Shown here in pieces: positions 10,388-21,341 of a stretch of 64,000 bases of DNA. Source of the DNA: a virus; the IMG/VR virus record IMGVR_UViG_3300042507_006854, positions 64,001 to 128,000 of that record. One strand, given 5' to 3'. A program made the translations under genes and the position numbers. Under the pieces are notes generated by a model, which ran no database searches, was not told where the DNA came from, and was given only the letters and a program-made list of their open reading frames with translations. Every line of letters begins with the position of its first letter. The first letter of the stretch is position 1.

Positions 10388-11322
10388 AAATAGATTATAC
10401 AGATTTAATTATAAACTATTATAAAGATAAAGTTTCAAGCAAAAAAACTTTAGAACGTTCCGATTCTTTTTTAGACCAAAAAGAACGGTATGCAATTACC
10501 TTTAATAACGGTATTGGGGATAGCGTAGTTATTAATCAATTACTATTTGAAACAGAATCTAAAAGAAGTAATATCCATATAAAAAGTTATTCAGACAAAT
10601 TTTTTCAAATATCGCAATTTAATAAATTTATAAAAACAAATTTTTATGACGAAAGTTGTCCGGAACAATATAGAACAGAAGTTCTAGAAGATTATAATTT
10701 AGGCTCTGGGCATTTAATTCAAAAAATGAGAAAGTTTTTTAACTTACCGGTTTTAAATAAACCAAAATCATTTTTAGAAACCGGAGAAGAAAAAATTAAA
10801 AATCGAATTGGGTTACATTTATCGGTAGGGGCAAGCGCAATGGAACTATCCAAGTTTAATTCTTTTCCAAGGCAAATATACAAACAAAATATTGATATTA
10901 TCCAAAAATTTATTAATGAACATCCAGAATATCAATTTGTTGAATTTGGTGGGCAATCAGTTGGTTTAACGAACTGCATAGATTATTGCGGGCAAACTAT
11001 GTCCTTGTCTATTAAAGAGTTATCTAAATGTGAGTATTTTATCGGTTTAAATAGTGGGTTTATGAATTTAGCCGCATGTTTTGATATTAAATCTATTATT
11101 ATTTTAAACATACCTATTAACCCATCAGATATAGTACTCCCAGTCTTAAAAGATATAAGAGTTCCAGATATGAACTGGTTATATCCACAAAATGTTCATC
11201 TTCATCAAGATGGAAAGTCAGACTTAGTTCCTTTATTCAACTATGAAAACATTTTAAAAGCTATTAATGGAGAGATATATCCATTTTGGACAGAAAAATA
11301 TTTAGATTTAATTTATGGTTAA
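10384..11322 (+). CDS. GT9-like glycosyltransferase
   Basis: GIGDSV and FIGLNSGFMNLAA motifs. Confidence 0.7.
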   Translation: MKIDYTDLIINYYKDKVSSKKTLERSDSFLDQKERYAITFNNGIGDSVVINQLLFETESKRSNIHIKSYSDKFFQISQFNKFIKTNFYDESCPEQYRTEVLEDYNLGSGHLIQKMRKFFNLPVLNKPKSFLETGEEKIKNRIGLHLSVGASAMELSKFNSFPRQIYKQNIDIIQKFINEHPEYQFVEFGGQSVGLTNCIDYCGQTMSLSIKELSKCEYFIGLNSGFMNLAACFDIKSIIILNIPINPSDIVLPVLKDIRVPDMNWLYPQNVHLHQDGKSDLVPLFNYENILKAINGEIYPFWTEKYLDLIYG

Positions 11323-11647
11323 AATTAGTGTAGACGAATCGTACGCGTTTGATTATCTTTCTATTCTTTTTATAAAGAAGAATATGTCAGACGAGTGTTT
11401 TAGAAACTGGGAAAATTGTTATGATGAACTTTCATTACAAATAAATAATTTTGACGAAATTATTAATTCTCAAGAATATATAAATTTGCTAGAAGCAAAT
11501 CAAATTACTTTTACTGCCGTAGAGCACGCAAGGTATGGCGAAATCTCAGCAAAAGATGTTGATAATGCCAATATGTTACGACATAAAAGAAAAAAAGAAT
11601 TACAAGAAAAATATTTTGGCAATAAAATTACAGAACATAAAACATGA
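11315..11647 (+). CDS. Hypothetical protein
   Basis: 110 aa ORF in glycosylation cluster. Confidence 0.55.
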   Translation: MVKISVDESYAFDYLSILFIKKNMSDECFRNWENCYDELSLQINNFDEIINSQEYINLLEANQITFTAVEHARYGEISAKDVDNANMLRHKRKKELQEKYFGNKITEHKT

Positions 11648-12342
11648 AAAAACTTAAAAATACAACGTTAGTATGTGTAGATGGAGTTGGTAAAACCGAA
11701 TCTGCATTAAAGTCTATTGAAGCCTCTACTTTAAATATAGAATATGAAAAAATAGTACTAATTACTCCAGATAGAAATCTTGACTCTAATAATAAAATTC
11801 AAGTCAGCCATATTAATAAAATGTCATGGAATGATTATAATGAGTTTATTCTCAAAGATTTAACAAATTATTTTGATACAACATACGTTCTTTTAACACA
11901 AGACGACGGGTTTGTGTCTAACTCAGAAAATTGGACGGATGAATTTTTTGAATATGATTACATTGGAGCTCCATGGCCAATCTATTTAGTCAACCACCTT
12001 TTGGTAAATTTATCCCAAGGCACTGATTATCATGGCACTGGGTTTAAAACAAATGTTCCCAAATTACCCAATTATGATTTACATAATTATAGAGTTGGAA
12101 ATGGTGGTTTTTCTTTTAGGAGTAAACGTCTTTGCAATTTTACAAAAAACTATGCAAATAAATACCCAGAGAAACCAGAAGATTGTATAATATCTCTTTA
12201 CGAAAGACAAGATATTTATGATAATGATATGTATATCGCTCCAGTAGAAGTTGCTGCAAAGTTTGCTGTAGAATCCCCGAATGAATTTAATCCAACTAGA
12301 GATATAACAAAAACTTTTGGATTTCATAGGTTTAATTATTAA
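11644..12342 (+). CDS. DUF5672-like GT-A protein
   Basis: QDDGFV, YDYIGAPW, VGNGGFSFRS, TFGFH. Confidence 0.8.
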   Translation: MKKLKNTTLVCVDGVGKTESALKSIEASTLNIEYEKIVLITPDRNLDSNNKIQVSHINKMSWNDYNEFILKDLTNYFDTTYVLLTQDDGFVSNSENWTDEFFEYDYIGAPWPIYLVNHLLVNLSQGTDYHGTGFKTNVPKLPNYDLHNYRVGNGGFSFRSKRLCNFTKNYANKYPEKPEDCIISLYERQDIYDNDMYIAPVEVAAKFAVESPNEFNPTRDITKTFGFHRFNY

Positions 12343-12343
12343 A

Positions 12344-13030
12344 ATGATAAATATTATTTATCGATTTTGTAATACACCGTGTAGTGAAAGGCATAATCGA
12401 CCATATTGGTTTTCTAAAATTAATTGTTTTGAGTCCCTGTACCAAAATTTTGTAATTAAAGATGAGTATAAAATATACTGTATTCAAGATGGAGAAGATG
12501 ATGAATTAACTTATTTAATTAAATCAAAAGATAAAATTGAAAGATTTATTAATATTAATTATAAATCAAACGCTGCGAGCCTAGATTTTTGTTTAAATTA
12601 TGCAGATAATATAAAAGAAGGCGATTATTATTTTGTAGAAGATGATTTTTTGCATAGGCCGAATTCAAATTCTATTTTAGAAGAAGGTTTAAATAAGTTT
12701 GGTTTAATTACTCTATATGATCATTTAGATAGGTATACAGTGAGTGATGATATTACAAAAAATTGTGAATCTATTGCCTTAACCAATTCCTGCTACTGGA
12801 GAACAGCGGAAAGTACTACTTGTACATGGGCATGTAAACGAGAGACCTGGGAAGAAATAAAAGATGATGCTAAAAAATTTAATTTAAATGATCGGGGATT
12901 TTTTAGGCATTTAATACAAAAAAATATTAGATTATGGTCACCAATTAAAGCATATTCTACTCATTGTATGAGTCATTTACTATCCCCATTAATTGATTGG
13001 AAAAAAGTTAATAACGAATATATTATTTAA
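12344..13030 (+). CDS. Putative GT-A glycosyltransferase
   Basis: YFVEDDFLH motif. Confidence 0.65.
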   Translation: MINIIYRFCNTPCSERHNRPYWFSKINCFESLYQNFVIKDEYKIYCIQDGEDDELTYLIKSKDKIERFININYKSNAASLDFCLNYADNIKEGDYYFVEDDFLHRPNSNSILEEGLNKFGLITLYDHLDRYTVSDDITKNCESIALTNSCYWRTAESTTCTWACKRETWEEIKDDAKKFNLNDRGFFRHLIQKNIRLWSPIKAYSTHCMSHLLSPLIDWKKVNNEYII

Positions 13031-13031
13031 T

Positions 13032-13610
13032 ATGCAAAAAATATTATCAAAATACGAAGAACTAAAATCAACTCCGTCTGATATTAATGAACATTTTGAC
13101 ACGCTTTTAAAATATGGAGCCGAATGTAAAACTATTACCGAACTCGGAGTTAGGGGGATTTGTTCTACCTGGGCTTTTCTAGCTTCAAAGCCTGAAAAAT
13201 TAATAAGTTATGATCTTAAACATCCAATTTTTTTTGGTGGAAATCTTGAAGAAGTCGTTGAGGCAGCTAATGAAGCTGGTATTGATTTTAAATTTATAGA
13301 AGGAGATAGTACAAAAATTATCCTTGATAATACAGATTTATTATTTATTGATACGTGGCATACGTATGATCAATTGTCGCTAGAATTAAAATTGCATTCA
13401 AAAAATGTTAATAAATATATTGTTTTACATGACACAACAAATTATGAATATCAGGATGAGACATTCCATCATGTACATGCTTGGGAACAACCTTTTCAAG
13501 GTGGTGGTTTATGGAAAGCGGTAGAAGAATTTTTAGTTAAAAATAAAGATTGGCTTCTTAAAGAAAGGTTTATAAATAACAACGGTTTAACAATTTTAGA
13601 GAAAAAATGA
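13032..13610 (+). CDS. Class I SAM methyltransferase (Methyltransf_24-like)
   Basis: ELGVRG..ST, LFIDTWHTY, IVLHDT. Confidence 0.8.
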   Translation: MQKILSKYEELKSTPSDINEHFDTLLKYGAECKTITELGVRGICSTWAFLASKPEKLISYDLKHPIFFGGNLEEVVEAANEAGIDFKFIEGDSTKIILDNTDLLFIDTWHTYDQLSLELKLHSKNVNKYIVLHDTTNYEYQDETFHHVHAWEQPFQGGGLWKAVEEFLVKNKDWLLKERFINNNGLTILEKK

Positions 13611-14602
13611 AAAAAATTTTAATTACAGGCATAGCAGGAATGATTGGAAGTATCTTGGCAAGATACTTTTTATCAAGAGGTTATATAGTATATGGAATTG
13701 ATAATCTTAGCGGGGGGTTTATAGAAAATGTAGATGATCCAGTTCATTTTTATGAGATTGATATTTGCGATCAAAAACAAATCAATAGTATTTTTGAAAA
13801 AGATAAATATGATTATGTAATACATTGTGCAGCATATGCCGCAGAAATTTTAAGCCCTTTTATTCGTAATTATAATTATACAAACAATTTAATTGGTTCG
13901 GTGAATATAATAAATGCATGTATAAATAACGAAGTTAAAAAATTAATCAATTTTTCAAGTTTTGCTACTTATGGAGAAGGATCGCCACCTTTTAAAGAAA
14001 CTGATCTAAGGCAACCAAAAGATTGCTATGGTATAGCAAAATTAGCTGTAGAGATGGATTTAAAAGAGGCTAGTGATCATTTTGGATTAAGATATTCTAC
14101 AGTTCTTCCTCATAATGTTGTTTCTATTTATCAGAATTATTGGGATAAATATCGAAATGCTATCGCTATATGGGTAAGACAATGTGCAAAAGGTGAAGAT
14201 ATTACTATTTTTGGAGATGGTCTTCAAACTCGTGCTTTTTCAGATTGTAAATTTATTTGCGAGCCTATTGAAAAACTGTTAGAAAATTTTGATGGAGAAG
14301 TATTTAATATAGGATCTGATAATGCTATTACAATTAAAGAAGCGGCAGAGCTAGTTTTGAAAGTTGGCGAAAATTGGGGTTTGATAAATTCTAAATTAAT
14401 TTTTTTAGAAAAACGTCGAGAAGTTGTTCACGCTTATTGTGATCATAGTAAAGCAAAAAAATTATTAAATTTTAAAGATGAAACGAATTTAGAATCTTTA
14501 ATTGATCAAATGTTTGGTTATTATCTAACTTTCCCGAATAAATCGGTAGAGTATATGGATTATGAAATAAACAAGAACATGTATAGCATTTGGAAAAAAT
14601 GA
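13607..14602 (+). CDS. NAD-dependent epimerase/dehydratase
   Basis: TGIAGMIG, YGIAK. Confidence 0.9.
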   Translation: MKKILITGIAGMIGSILARYFLSRGYIVYGIDNLSGGFIENVDDPVHFYEIDICDQKQINSIFEKDKYDYVIHCAAYAAEILSPFIRNYNYTNNLIGSVNIINACINNEVKKLINFSSFATYGEGSPPFKETDLRQPKDCYGIAKLAVEMDLKEASDHFGLRYSTVLPHNVVSIYQNYWDKYRNAIAIWVRQCAKGEDITIFGDGLQTRAFSDCKFICEPIEKLLENFDGEVFNIGSDNAITIKEAAELVLKVGENWGLINSKLIFLEKRREVVHAYCDHSKAKKLLNFKDETNLESLIDQMFGYYLTFPNKSVEYMDYEINKNMYSIWKK

Positions 14603-15012
14603 AATTTAAAAATATTTTTGGCAAAGAGGTAAATAAAAATATTAACAAATATCTTATTGATTGGGACAAGCCCTGTAAAAGTAAGGTTCAATTTAATGTA
14701 AAAAAATTTACAGAATCCTATTGGGGCACACACGTTGTAGTAGAAGAGTTCCCTGTTTTTGGAACGAGGATGAGGTGTGACCTTATTAATTTTACTAAAA
14801 AAATTGCTATAGAGACCCATGGAATGCAACATGATAAATTTGTAAAACACTTTCACAGAACAAAAACTGGATTTAAAAATAGTGTAAAAAGAGACTTGCA
14901 AAAATATTCTTGGCTTGAACTGAATGGATTTAAGATTATCGAAATATTTGAAAATGAAATTCATTTACTATCTCCAGAATGGATAAAAGAAAAATTTGAT
15001 ATAGAGATTTAA
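14599..15012 (+). CDS. PD-(D/E)XK / Vsr-like endonuclease
   Basis: EEFPV..RCD..IAIETHGMQH..RD..K. Confidence 0.7.
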   Translation: MKFKNIFGKEVNKNINKYLIDWDKPCKSKVQFNVKKFTESYWGTHVVVEEFPVFGTRMRCDLINFTKKIAIETHGMQHDKFVKHFHRTKTGFKNSVKRDLQKYSWLELNGFKIIEIFENEIHLLSPEWIKEKFDIEI

Positions 15013-15013
15013 T

Positions 15014-15529
15014 ATGGGATATTTAAACAGACCATTATTTACGAATAACAAAGCTTTTTACGATGATCGTGGGGTTTTTGTGCCATTGTCGTTAACATCG
15101 CATTTAACATGGTCGCAATCTAATATATCTGTAAATTTAAAACCATTTACTTTGAGAGGGTTGCATTTTCAAAAGAACCCTTACCAACAATCAAAATTTA
15201 TAAAAGTCGTTAATGGGTCAATTCTTGATTTCGTAACTGATCTTGACCCTACATCCGAAACCTACCTAAAAATAGAAATGTTTGCAATGAAACCTGGAGA
15301 TGAACTATACGTGCCTCAAAATTATGCTCATGGATTTTTAACTTTAGAAGAAAATACGATTGTTCAATATTTAGTAAATAATATTTATAATCCAAATTCA
15401 GAAGGGGTAATTCCCTGGACAGAATTTCCAGAACTTCTTAAAGAATTTAAAAAAATAAAAAATTTTTCTATAAAAAATATTGTAATAAAAGATAGAGATT
15501 TAGTAGCTAAAAATTTTGATAAAAAATAG
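15014..15529 (+). CDS. rmlC: dTDP-4-dehydrorhamnose 3,5-epimerase
   Basis: DDRG, TLRGLHFQ, YAHGFLTL. Confidence 0.88.
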   Translation: MGYLNRPLFTNNKAFYDDRGVFVPLSLTSHLTWSQSNISVNLKPFTLRGLHFQKNPYQQSKFIKVVNGSILDFVTDLDPTSETYLKIEMFAMKPGDELYVPQNYAHGFLTLEENTIVQYLVNNIYNPNSEGVIPWTEFPELLKEFKKIKNFSIKNIVIKDRDLVAKNFDKK

Positions 15530-15565
15530 CTTGAATATCAAAATAAGTTAGGCTATCATATATGT

Positions 15566-16162
15566 ATGAGCGTATTATATATTGGTATAGCCGGTGTAGC
15601 GAGGTCTGGAAAAGACAGTCTTGCACTAGAAATCGAAAATTTAATCCGATCTTATAAAGGTAAAACAATTTATAGAACGTCTTTAGCGCAACCTCTTAAA
15701 GAAGACTGTAAAGATTTTATTAAACAATATCTTGGATTGAATGTTTTTACAGATAATAACGAAGAAAAAGCTACCTTTCGTGAATTCCTAGTTTGGTATG
15801 GCAAAGTCAAACGCCAACAAACAGAAGGAAAATATTGGACAAATCTTTTAGATGAGAGGGTAAAAAAATTTCAACCAGATATTTGTATTATCCCAGATGT
15901 GCGTTATCAGCAATACGAACAAGATGAAGTTAGCTGGTTAAAAGCAAAACCAAATAACATACTTATTCACTTGCAAAGAATCGCAATTAATGGTGAAATA
16001 GTCCCTCCTGCTAATATGGATGAGTCAATCAATGATTCTATCATTCAAAATAGTGCGGATTATAAAATAGTTTGGCCAACTTTTACTGATGAGAATAAGC
16101 AAGAAAATATGAGAGAATTTGCTGAAAAAGCATTTAATGCGGTAATTAAAAATAAAATTTAA
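15566..16162 (+). CDS. Deoxynucleoside monophosphate kinase
   Basis: GVARSGKD P-loop, IIPDVRY. Confidence 0.8.
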   Translation: MSVLYIGIAGVARSGKDSLALEIENLIRSYKGKTIYRTSLAQPLKEDCKDFIKQYLGLNVFTDNNEEKATFREFLVWYGKVKRQQTEGKYWTNLLDERVKKFQPDICIIPDVRYQQYEQDEVSWLKAKPNNILIHLQRIAINGEIVPPANMDESINDSIIQNSADYKIVWPTFTDENKQENMREFAEKAFNAVIKNKI

Positions 16163-16163
16163 T

Positions 16164-17636
16164 ATGAATTCTATTCGTAGCGTACAAATAGAAAAACATG
16201 TTCTTGCTGGTTTTCTAAAATACCCTCAAGTATATTTTGAAGTTTCTCATTTCATTAATGAGAATGATTTTTCGAATGGGCATAAAACGATATTTAGTGT
16301 TGTAAAAGGTCAGATCATGAAGGGTCAACCGCTTGATCCAGTAATAATCGGAGAAAAAATTAAAAACCTTGGTATTAATTTTAAACAAGATTTTAATGTT
16401 TTTGATTATATAGAGAGCCTAGCCTTTCTTAAAATTAGCCAAAAGTCTCTTATTGATGCTTGTAAAAATTTAAAAACAATTACTATTCGTCGTGAAATCG
16501 CGGAAACCGCATCTTTAATTGCAGAGTCAATGGAAAATTCTGGAGACAAATCTCCAGATGAAATTATCTCATTCGCAGATAAAATGTATAATGACAAAAT
16601 TACTGCCTATGATTTAGAATCTAATCCAGAAGATCTTTTCCAAGATATCGAAAAAATGGTTGAGGAAAGAGCTAATAACCCTATCACTGAAACCGGGTAT
16701 CTCACTCCATATAAGCTTTTTAATAAAATGTATGGCGGACTAAGGCCTGGAGAGCTTTATGCATGGGTGAGTCGTCCCAAACATGGTAAATCAACGATTC
16801 TTAGTGATATATGTTCCAAAGCAACCTTAGTTAACCCGAATATGCAGGCTCTTATTCTGGATACCGAAATGCAAACAAATGTAATTCGTTTTCGTATTGC
16901 TAGTAGCATTACTGGTATTCCAATGTGGTGGCTTGAAACAGGGCAATTCAGAAACAATAAAGAGCTTCTGGCAAAATGGAATAGTAAAAAATCAGAGCTT
17001 GCGAAAGCACAGGGTAAAGTAAAGCACTTGCAAGTAGCAGGGAAGCCCATCGCAGAAATTGAATCAATTATTCAGCGTTGGTATCTTGGCCAAGTCGGGC
17101 GTGGCAATCCTGCTATTGTTGTTTATGATTATATTAAACTAACAGGTGAAATAGAAAAAGGTAAACAGGAATATCAACTTATCGGTGATAAAGTAGATCG
17201 TCTTAAAGAGCTTTCTGTTCGTATGAATATTCCGATTCTTACTGCTTGCCAATTGAATCGTAGTGCCGAAAATGGGGCTGACGATTCTAGTGCTATTGCC
17301 CAATCAGATCGTCTTCAATGGTTTGCTGCTTATGTTGGGATTTTTAGACGTAAAACTCTTGAAGAACAAGCGGAAGATGGCGCTCAATTTGGAACGCATA
17401 AAATGATTGAACTTGCATCCCGATATCAAGGTCAGCATGCTCATGGTCACAATGATCTTGTGAGGGTAATTGAGAACAATCGTCCAGTATATCGTAAAAA
17501 TTTTATTTCATTTAATGTGGATAATTTTAATGTAGAAGAAAAAGGTACTTTACAAGATATTGTAAACCACCAAAATGGTGTTAATGTGAATATATTTGAC
17601 CGCGAAAATAATCAGGATCAAGAAGAAATCATATGA
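16164..17636 (+). CDS. dnaB: Replicative helicase
   Basis: RPKHGKS, VYDYI, CQLNR. Confidence 0.9.
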   Translation: MNSIRSVQIEKHVLAGFLKYPQVYFEVSHFINENDFSNGHKTIFSVVKGQIMKGQPLDPVIIGEKIKNLGINFKQDFNVFDYIESLAFLKISQKSLIDACKNLKTITIRREIAETASLIAESMENSGDKSPDEIISFADKMYNDKITAYDLESNPEDLFQDIEKMVEERANNPITETGYLTPYKLFNKMYGGLRPGELYAWVSRPKHGKSTILSDICSKATLVNPNMQALILDTEMQTNVIRFRIASSITGIPMWWLETGQFRNNKELLAKWNSKKSELAKAQGKVKHLQVAGKPIAEIESIIQRWYLGQVGRGNPAIVVYDYIKLTGEIEKGKQEYQLIGDKVDRLKELSVRMNIPILTACQLNRSAENGADDSSAIAQSDRLQWFAAYVGIFRRKTLEEQAEDGAQFGTHKMIELASRYQGQHAHGHNDLVRVIENNRPVYRKNFISFNVDNFNVEEKGTLQDIVNHQNGVNVNIFDRENNQDQEEII

Positions 17637-18529
17637 GACTTTTAGAACTTTTAAAAGATGCTGGGTGTAATCCTAGGTGCTATGGTAGTTATCTTACTTG
17701 TACTGCTCGCTATCGTGGTGGTGATGACCCTGGATCTGTAGCTATTTATCTGCAGACGAATATTGTCAAAGATTTTGTCACGGGACACTCTTTTTCTTTG
17801 GAAGAGTTTCTTAAACTAACCCTTAAATTAAAAGACCTGAAGCAAGTAGAACAAATTCTTGAAGATAAAGCAAAGTATTATACAGGATTTAATAATGATG
17901 TAGAAGACCCTTTTAACAGAAGTGTTAAATATTATTCACGGGAAGATATTGTAGATTTAAAACAAGATGGATCATATTGGAATCGTCGCGGGATTAGCGA
18001 TGAAACATTAAAAGTTTTTGAGGGGGGTATTTGTGAAGTGGGTAAAATGTATCAAAGATATGTATTTCCAATTTTTGATGCTCGCAAAAAAATTCAAGGA
18101 TTTTCTGGCCGTGATGTAACGGGTAAATCAAAAATTAAATGGAAACATATTGGCCGCAAAAACGAATGGGCGTATCCATTTATATTTAATTATAAATTTA
18201 TTAGAGAATCGAAACAGTTAATTCTTGTTGAAAGTATCGGAGATATGCTTTCTCTTTGGGAAAGTGGAATTAAAAATACCGGTATAACTTTCGGGACTGA
18301 AGCTGGTGGAGGCTTGTTAAAAGCGATTATTCGCCTTGATCCCGACCAAATAGTCATTGCGACCAACAATGATGAAAACAGGGCGGGGCAAAAAGCGGCT
18401 ATGAAAATACGCTCAACACTCATAGACGGATTTTTTGACCCCGCCCAAATTCATATTTGCCATCCATTTAAAAATGATTTTGGAGATCAAACTATAGAAG
18501 AAAATAAAGAATGGTATTCTAACTTATGA
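17633..18529 (+). CDS. dnaG: DNA primase (TOPRIM)
   Basis: FPIFD, GFSGR, LVESIGD; follows helicase. Confidence 0.8.
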   Translation: MRLLELLKDAGCNPRCYGSYLTCTARYRGGDDPGSVAIYLQTNIVKDFVTGHSFSLEEFLKLTLKLKDLKQVEQILEDKAKYYTGFNNDVEDPFNRSVKYYSREDIVDLKQDGSYWNRRGISDETLKVFEGGICEVGKMYQRYVFPIFDARKKIQGFSGRDVTGKSKIKWKHIGRKNEWAYPFIFNYKFIRESKQLILVESIGDMLSLWESGIKNTGITFGTEAGGGLLKAIIRLDPDQIVIATNNDENRAGQKAAMKIRSTLIDGFFDPAQIHICHPFKNDFGDQTIEENKEWYSNL

Positions 18530-18948
18530 GAAGTACTTGGGAACAACATGCAATGAATTTAGCTGCTATTGCGATGCAGCGTTCAGAGGATCCATATCAA
18601 CAAGTAGGAGCTTGTGTTTTAGGGCATCATAACGAAGTTCTGGCTGTCGCCTATAACGGCCTTGCTGCTGGAGTCAATGTAACACGGGAATTTTGGAGTG
18701 ATCGTGACGCAAGACGACCATATATGATTCATGCGGAAAGTAACTGCCTTGCTAGAATTAAAATGGGCGAAGGCAAACTTTTGGCCTGTACTCTTCTACC
18801 ATGTTCCGCATGCGCTACTAATATTGCTGCTTATGGAATTAAGCATGTTATTTTTAAAGATATCTATAATAGAGATACAAAATCAGTAGATATTTTTAAA
18901 TTTTATGGAATTTCTTGCCATCAAGTCGATCCAACATATCCATTATGA
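18526..18948 (+). CDS. dCMP deaminase
   Basis: HAESN, PCSAC. Confidence 0.88.
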   Translation: MRSTWEQHAMNLAAIAMQRSEDPYQQVGACVLGHHNEVLAVAYNGLAAGVNVTREFWSDRDARRPYMIHAESNCLARIKMGEGKLLACTLLPCSACATNIAAYGIKHVIFKDIYNRDTKSVDIFKFYGISCHQVDPTYPL

Positions 18949-19940
18949 GTGAACTAGTAAAACTTTCAGCCAGTAGAATCAAGACATTACAATCATGCTC
19001 TTGGATGTATTATTGCAATTATAATCTTAAATTGCCACAAAAGAATAATTCCGGAGCAATGCGTGGCACTGTAGCGCATTTAATCTTCGAAGTGTTGGCT
19101 AATCCTCGGCACGAGCATTACGTTAAAAAAATTGTAAAAAATAAAACGTGCCTAAAGTCTCCAGCAGTTTTTAAATTAATTATAAAGGCCGCTAAGCGCG
19201 AAGGGCTCGATTTAGATGAAATGGTCGCACCACTTAAAAAGAGTGGGCAAGAAATAACTAATCTTAAATGTATAGATGAGATGATTTTAGTTGGTTTAAA
19301 ATTTGATTTTATTGGAGATTATAAACTTATTGGTTCGGAATGGGAGTTCGATATTACCAGTGAGGAACCCAAGTATAGAATTGGTGGATTTGTTGACCGA
19401 ATCTTTAAAGATAAAAATCAAATGATTATTCGAGATTTTAAATCTAGTAAGAAGGCTTTTAAAGGAGACGAATTAGAAAGTAACCTACAAGGAATGATGT
19501 ACTCTCTAGCTCTTCGTAAAAAATACAAAAAACAAAAAGATATTTTAGTTAGATTCTTATTTTTAAGATATCCCGATGATCCAGAAAGAGAGTGCCCGCA
19601 TTTCAATGAAGAGGAGTTAATTGGTTTTGAGCATTACCTTGAATATATTAGTGAATATTTAAAAAACTTTGATGAAAAAAAGGCTCGATCAAATTTTGCT
19701 TCTAGCGAATTTAGTCGTAAATGGATGTGCAAAACAAAATCTGGATGGCGTTGTCCATACTTAGATCCAATTGAATATAAGGTTCTTATAGATAAAGATG
19801 GTAAAACTATTAAATCAATTTTTGCAAATGAAGAGTTTAAAGAAAAAGATTTAAAACCCGAATATCGTATTGAAGTAAGAAAATATGAAGGATGTCCAGC
19901 TTGGAAGCAAACTCAATCAAATAATGACTTTGACTTTTAA
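18945..19940 (+). CDS. PD-(D/E)XK exonuclease (RecB/Cas4-like)
   Basis: SASRI..C, GTVAH, GFVDRI, IRDFKSS, C-terminal Cys. Confidence 0.8.
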   Translation: MSELVKLSASRIKTLQSCSWMYYCNYNLKLPQKNNSGAMRGTVAHLIFEVLANPRHEHYVKKIVKNKTCLKSPAVFKLIIKAAKREGLDLDEMVAPLKKSGQEITNLKCIDEMILVGLKFDFIGDYKLIGSEWEFDITSEEPKYRIGGFVDRIFKDKNQMIIRDFKSSKKAFKGDELESNLQGMMYSLALRKKYKKQKDILVRFLFLRYPDDPERECPHFNEEELIGFEHYLEYISEYLKNFDEKKARSNFASSEFSRKWMCKTKSGWRCPYLDPIEYKVLIDKDGKTIKSIFANEEFKEKDLKPEYRIEVRKYEGCPAWKQTQSNNDFDF

Positions 19941-19966
19941 AAAAAGTATTGTTAATATTAGGTTCA

Positions 19967-20716
19967 ATGCTACCAATCTTTAGATCAAACTACTCGTTGA
20001 GTTCGGTTCTTACTCTAGAGCCATATTCTCCTATAGAGAATCGTGCTTTAAACCAACCCGACTCTGTATTTGATATTTGTAAAGACTATGGTATTGAAGA
20101 TGTTTTTATTGTTGATAACACCTTAACTGGAATGGTAGAAGCTTATGAAAATTCAAAAAAAGCAGGTTTAAATCTACGTTTTGGATATCGAGTAAACGTT
20201 TGTCAAGATATTGAAAATAAAACTCCAGAGTCTGAACTTACAGAAAGCAAATTTATTATTTTTGCTCTTAAAAATTCGTTTACAGATTTAATTAAATTGC
20301 ATAATATTTCTACTACAAAAGGAATTTATAATGGAAAACCTCGTCTTGATTTTAAAACTTTAAAAGAAAATTGGAGTAAAAATCTTTTGTTTGCGGTACC
20401 ATTTTATGATTCATATATTTATTATAATCTTTTATATGGTCGTCAATGCGTTCCAGAATTAGATTTCACTGATCCTGTTTATTTTATTGAGAATAATGGC
20501 TTACCATTTGACGATCTTTTAAGTAGTCATATTAAAGAAACAATTAAAGATCATGAAATCGTTTTGTCTAAAACAATTTATTATCGTGAGAGAAAAGATT
20601 TTAAATCTTATATGACGTATCGCTGTATTTTGAATCGGACAACATTCCAAAAACCAGAGCTACGTCATTTTGGAAGCCAAGAATTTTGTATGGAGGCACT
20701 GAAAGAAAATGCATAG
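19967..20716 (+). CDS. Stand-alone PHP domain of DNA polymerase III alpha
   Basis: PIFRSNYSLS N-terminus, PRLDF; metal-ligand His residues appear lost. Confidence 0.7.
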   Translation: MLPIFRSNYSLSSVLTLEPYSPIENRALNQPDSVFDICKDYGIEDVFIVDNTLTGMVEAYENSKKAGLNLRFGYRVNVCQDIENKTPESELTESKFIIFALKNSFTDLIKLHNISTTKGIYNGKPRLDFKTLKENWSKNLLFAVPFYDSYIYYNLLYGRQCVPELDFTDPVYFIENNGLPFDDLLSSHIKETIKDHEIVLSKTIYYRERKDFKSYMTYRCILNRTTFQKPELRHFGSQEFCMEALKENA

Positions 20717-21341
20717 TAATCTTCTACGTTTTAATAAAAAGCAAAAATATATTGTTTTTGATACGGAAACCGAATCTTTAGCATTAGCTTTAACTAGGCC
20801 TTGGCAACTTTCTTGGCTAGTTTATGATGATCATAAAATTGTTAAAAATGAAGATCACATGCTTTATTGGAAAGATTTGAATGTTTCTGCTGATGCGGCT
20901 AGAATTACAAGATTCGATTATAATAATTGGAAAGAAAAATCTGAAGACCCAAAAGAAGTTCTCCAACTTTTTGAAAGCTATCTTTACAATCCAGATTATC
21001 TAATAGTTGGCGCAAATCTTTTCGGGTTTGACATTTATGTTATAAATACGTTACGCAGAATTTTAGGATTGAAATCAGACTTTTCATATCTTGATCGTGT
21101 TTTAGATATACAATGTATTCAAAAAGGTATATATATGGGACTGAAATCTGTTCCAGAAAATAGAACAGCTTGGCAATATCAAATGTATCATTATGTCAAG
21201 AAAGGGGTAAAGACTTCTGTTAAACATCTATGTGGTCTTTATGATATCGAATATAATGATTTAAAAGCTCACGATGCTGTTTATGATAACGAAAAGTGTC
21301 TTGAAATTTTTAAGAAACAAATTTTGACAATTGAAATATGA
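20709..21341 (+). CDS. DEDDh 3'-5' exonuclease (DnaQ-like)
   Basis: FDTETE, N..FD, HDAVYD. Confidence 0.85.
   Translation: MHSNLLRFNKKQKYIVFDTETESLALALTRPWQLSWLVYDDHKIVKNEDHMLYWKDLNVSADAARITRFDYNNWKEKSEDPKEVLQLFESYLYNPDYLIVGANLFGFDIYVINTLRRILGLKSDFSYLDRVLDIQCIQKGIYMGLKSVPENRTAWQYQMYHYVKKGVKTSVKHLCGLYDIEYNDLKAHDAVYDNEKCLEIFKKQILTIEI

Noticed and set aside
18945-19940. Cas4 as part of a CRISPR system
   Set aside because: Located in the replication module with no array; a typical phage exonuclease.
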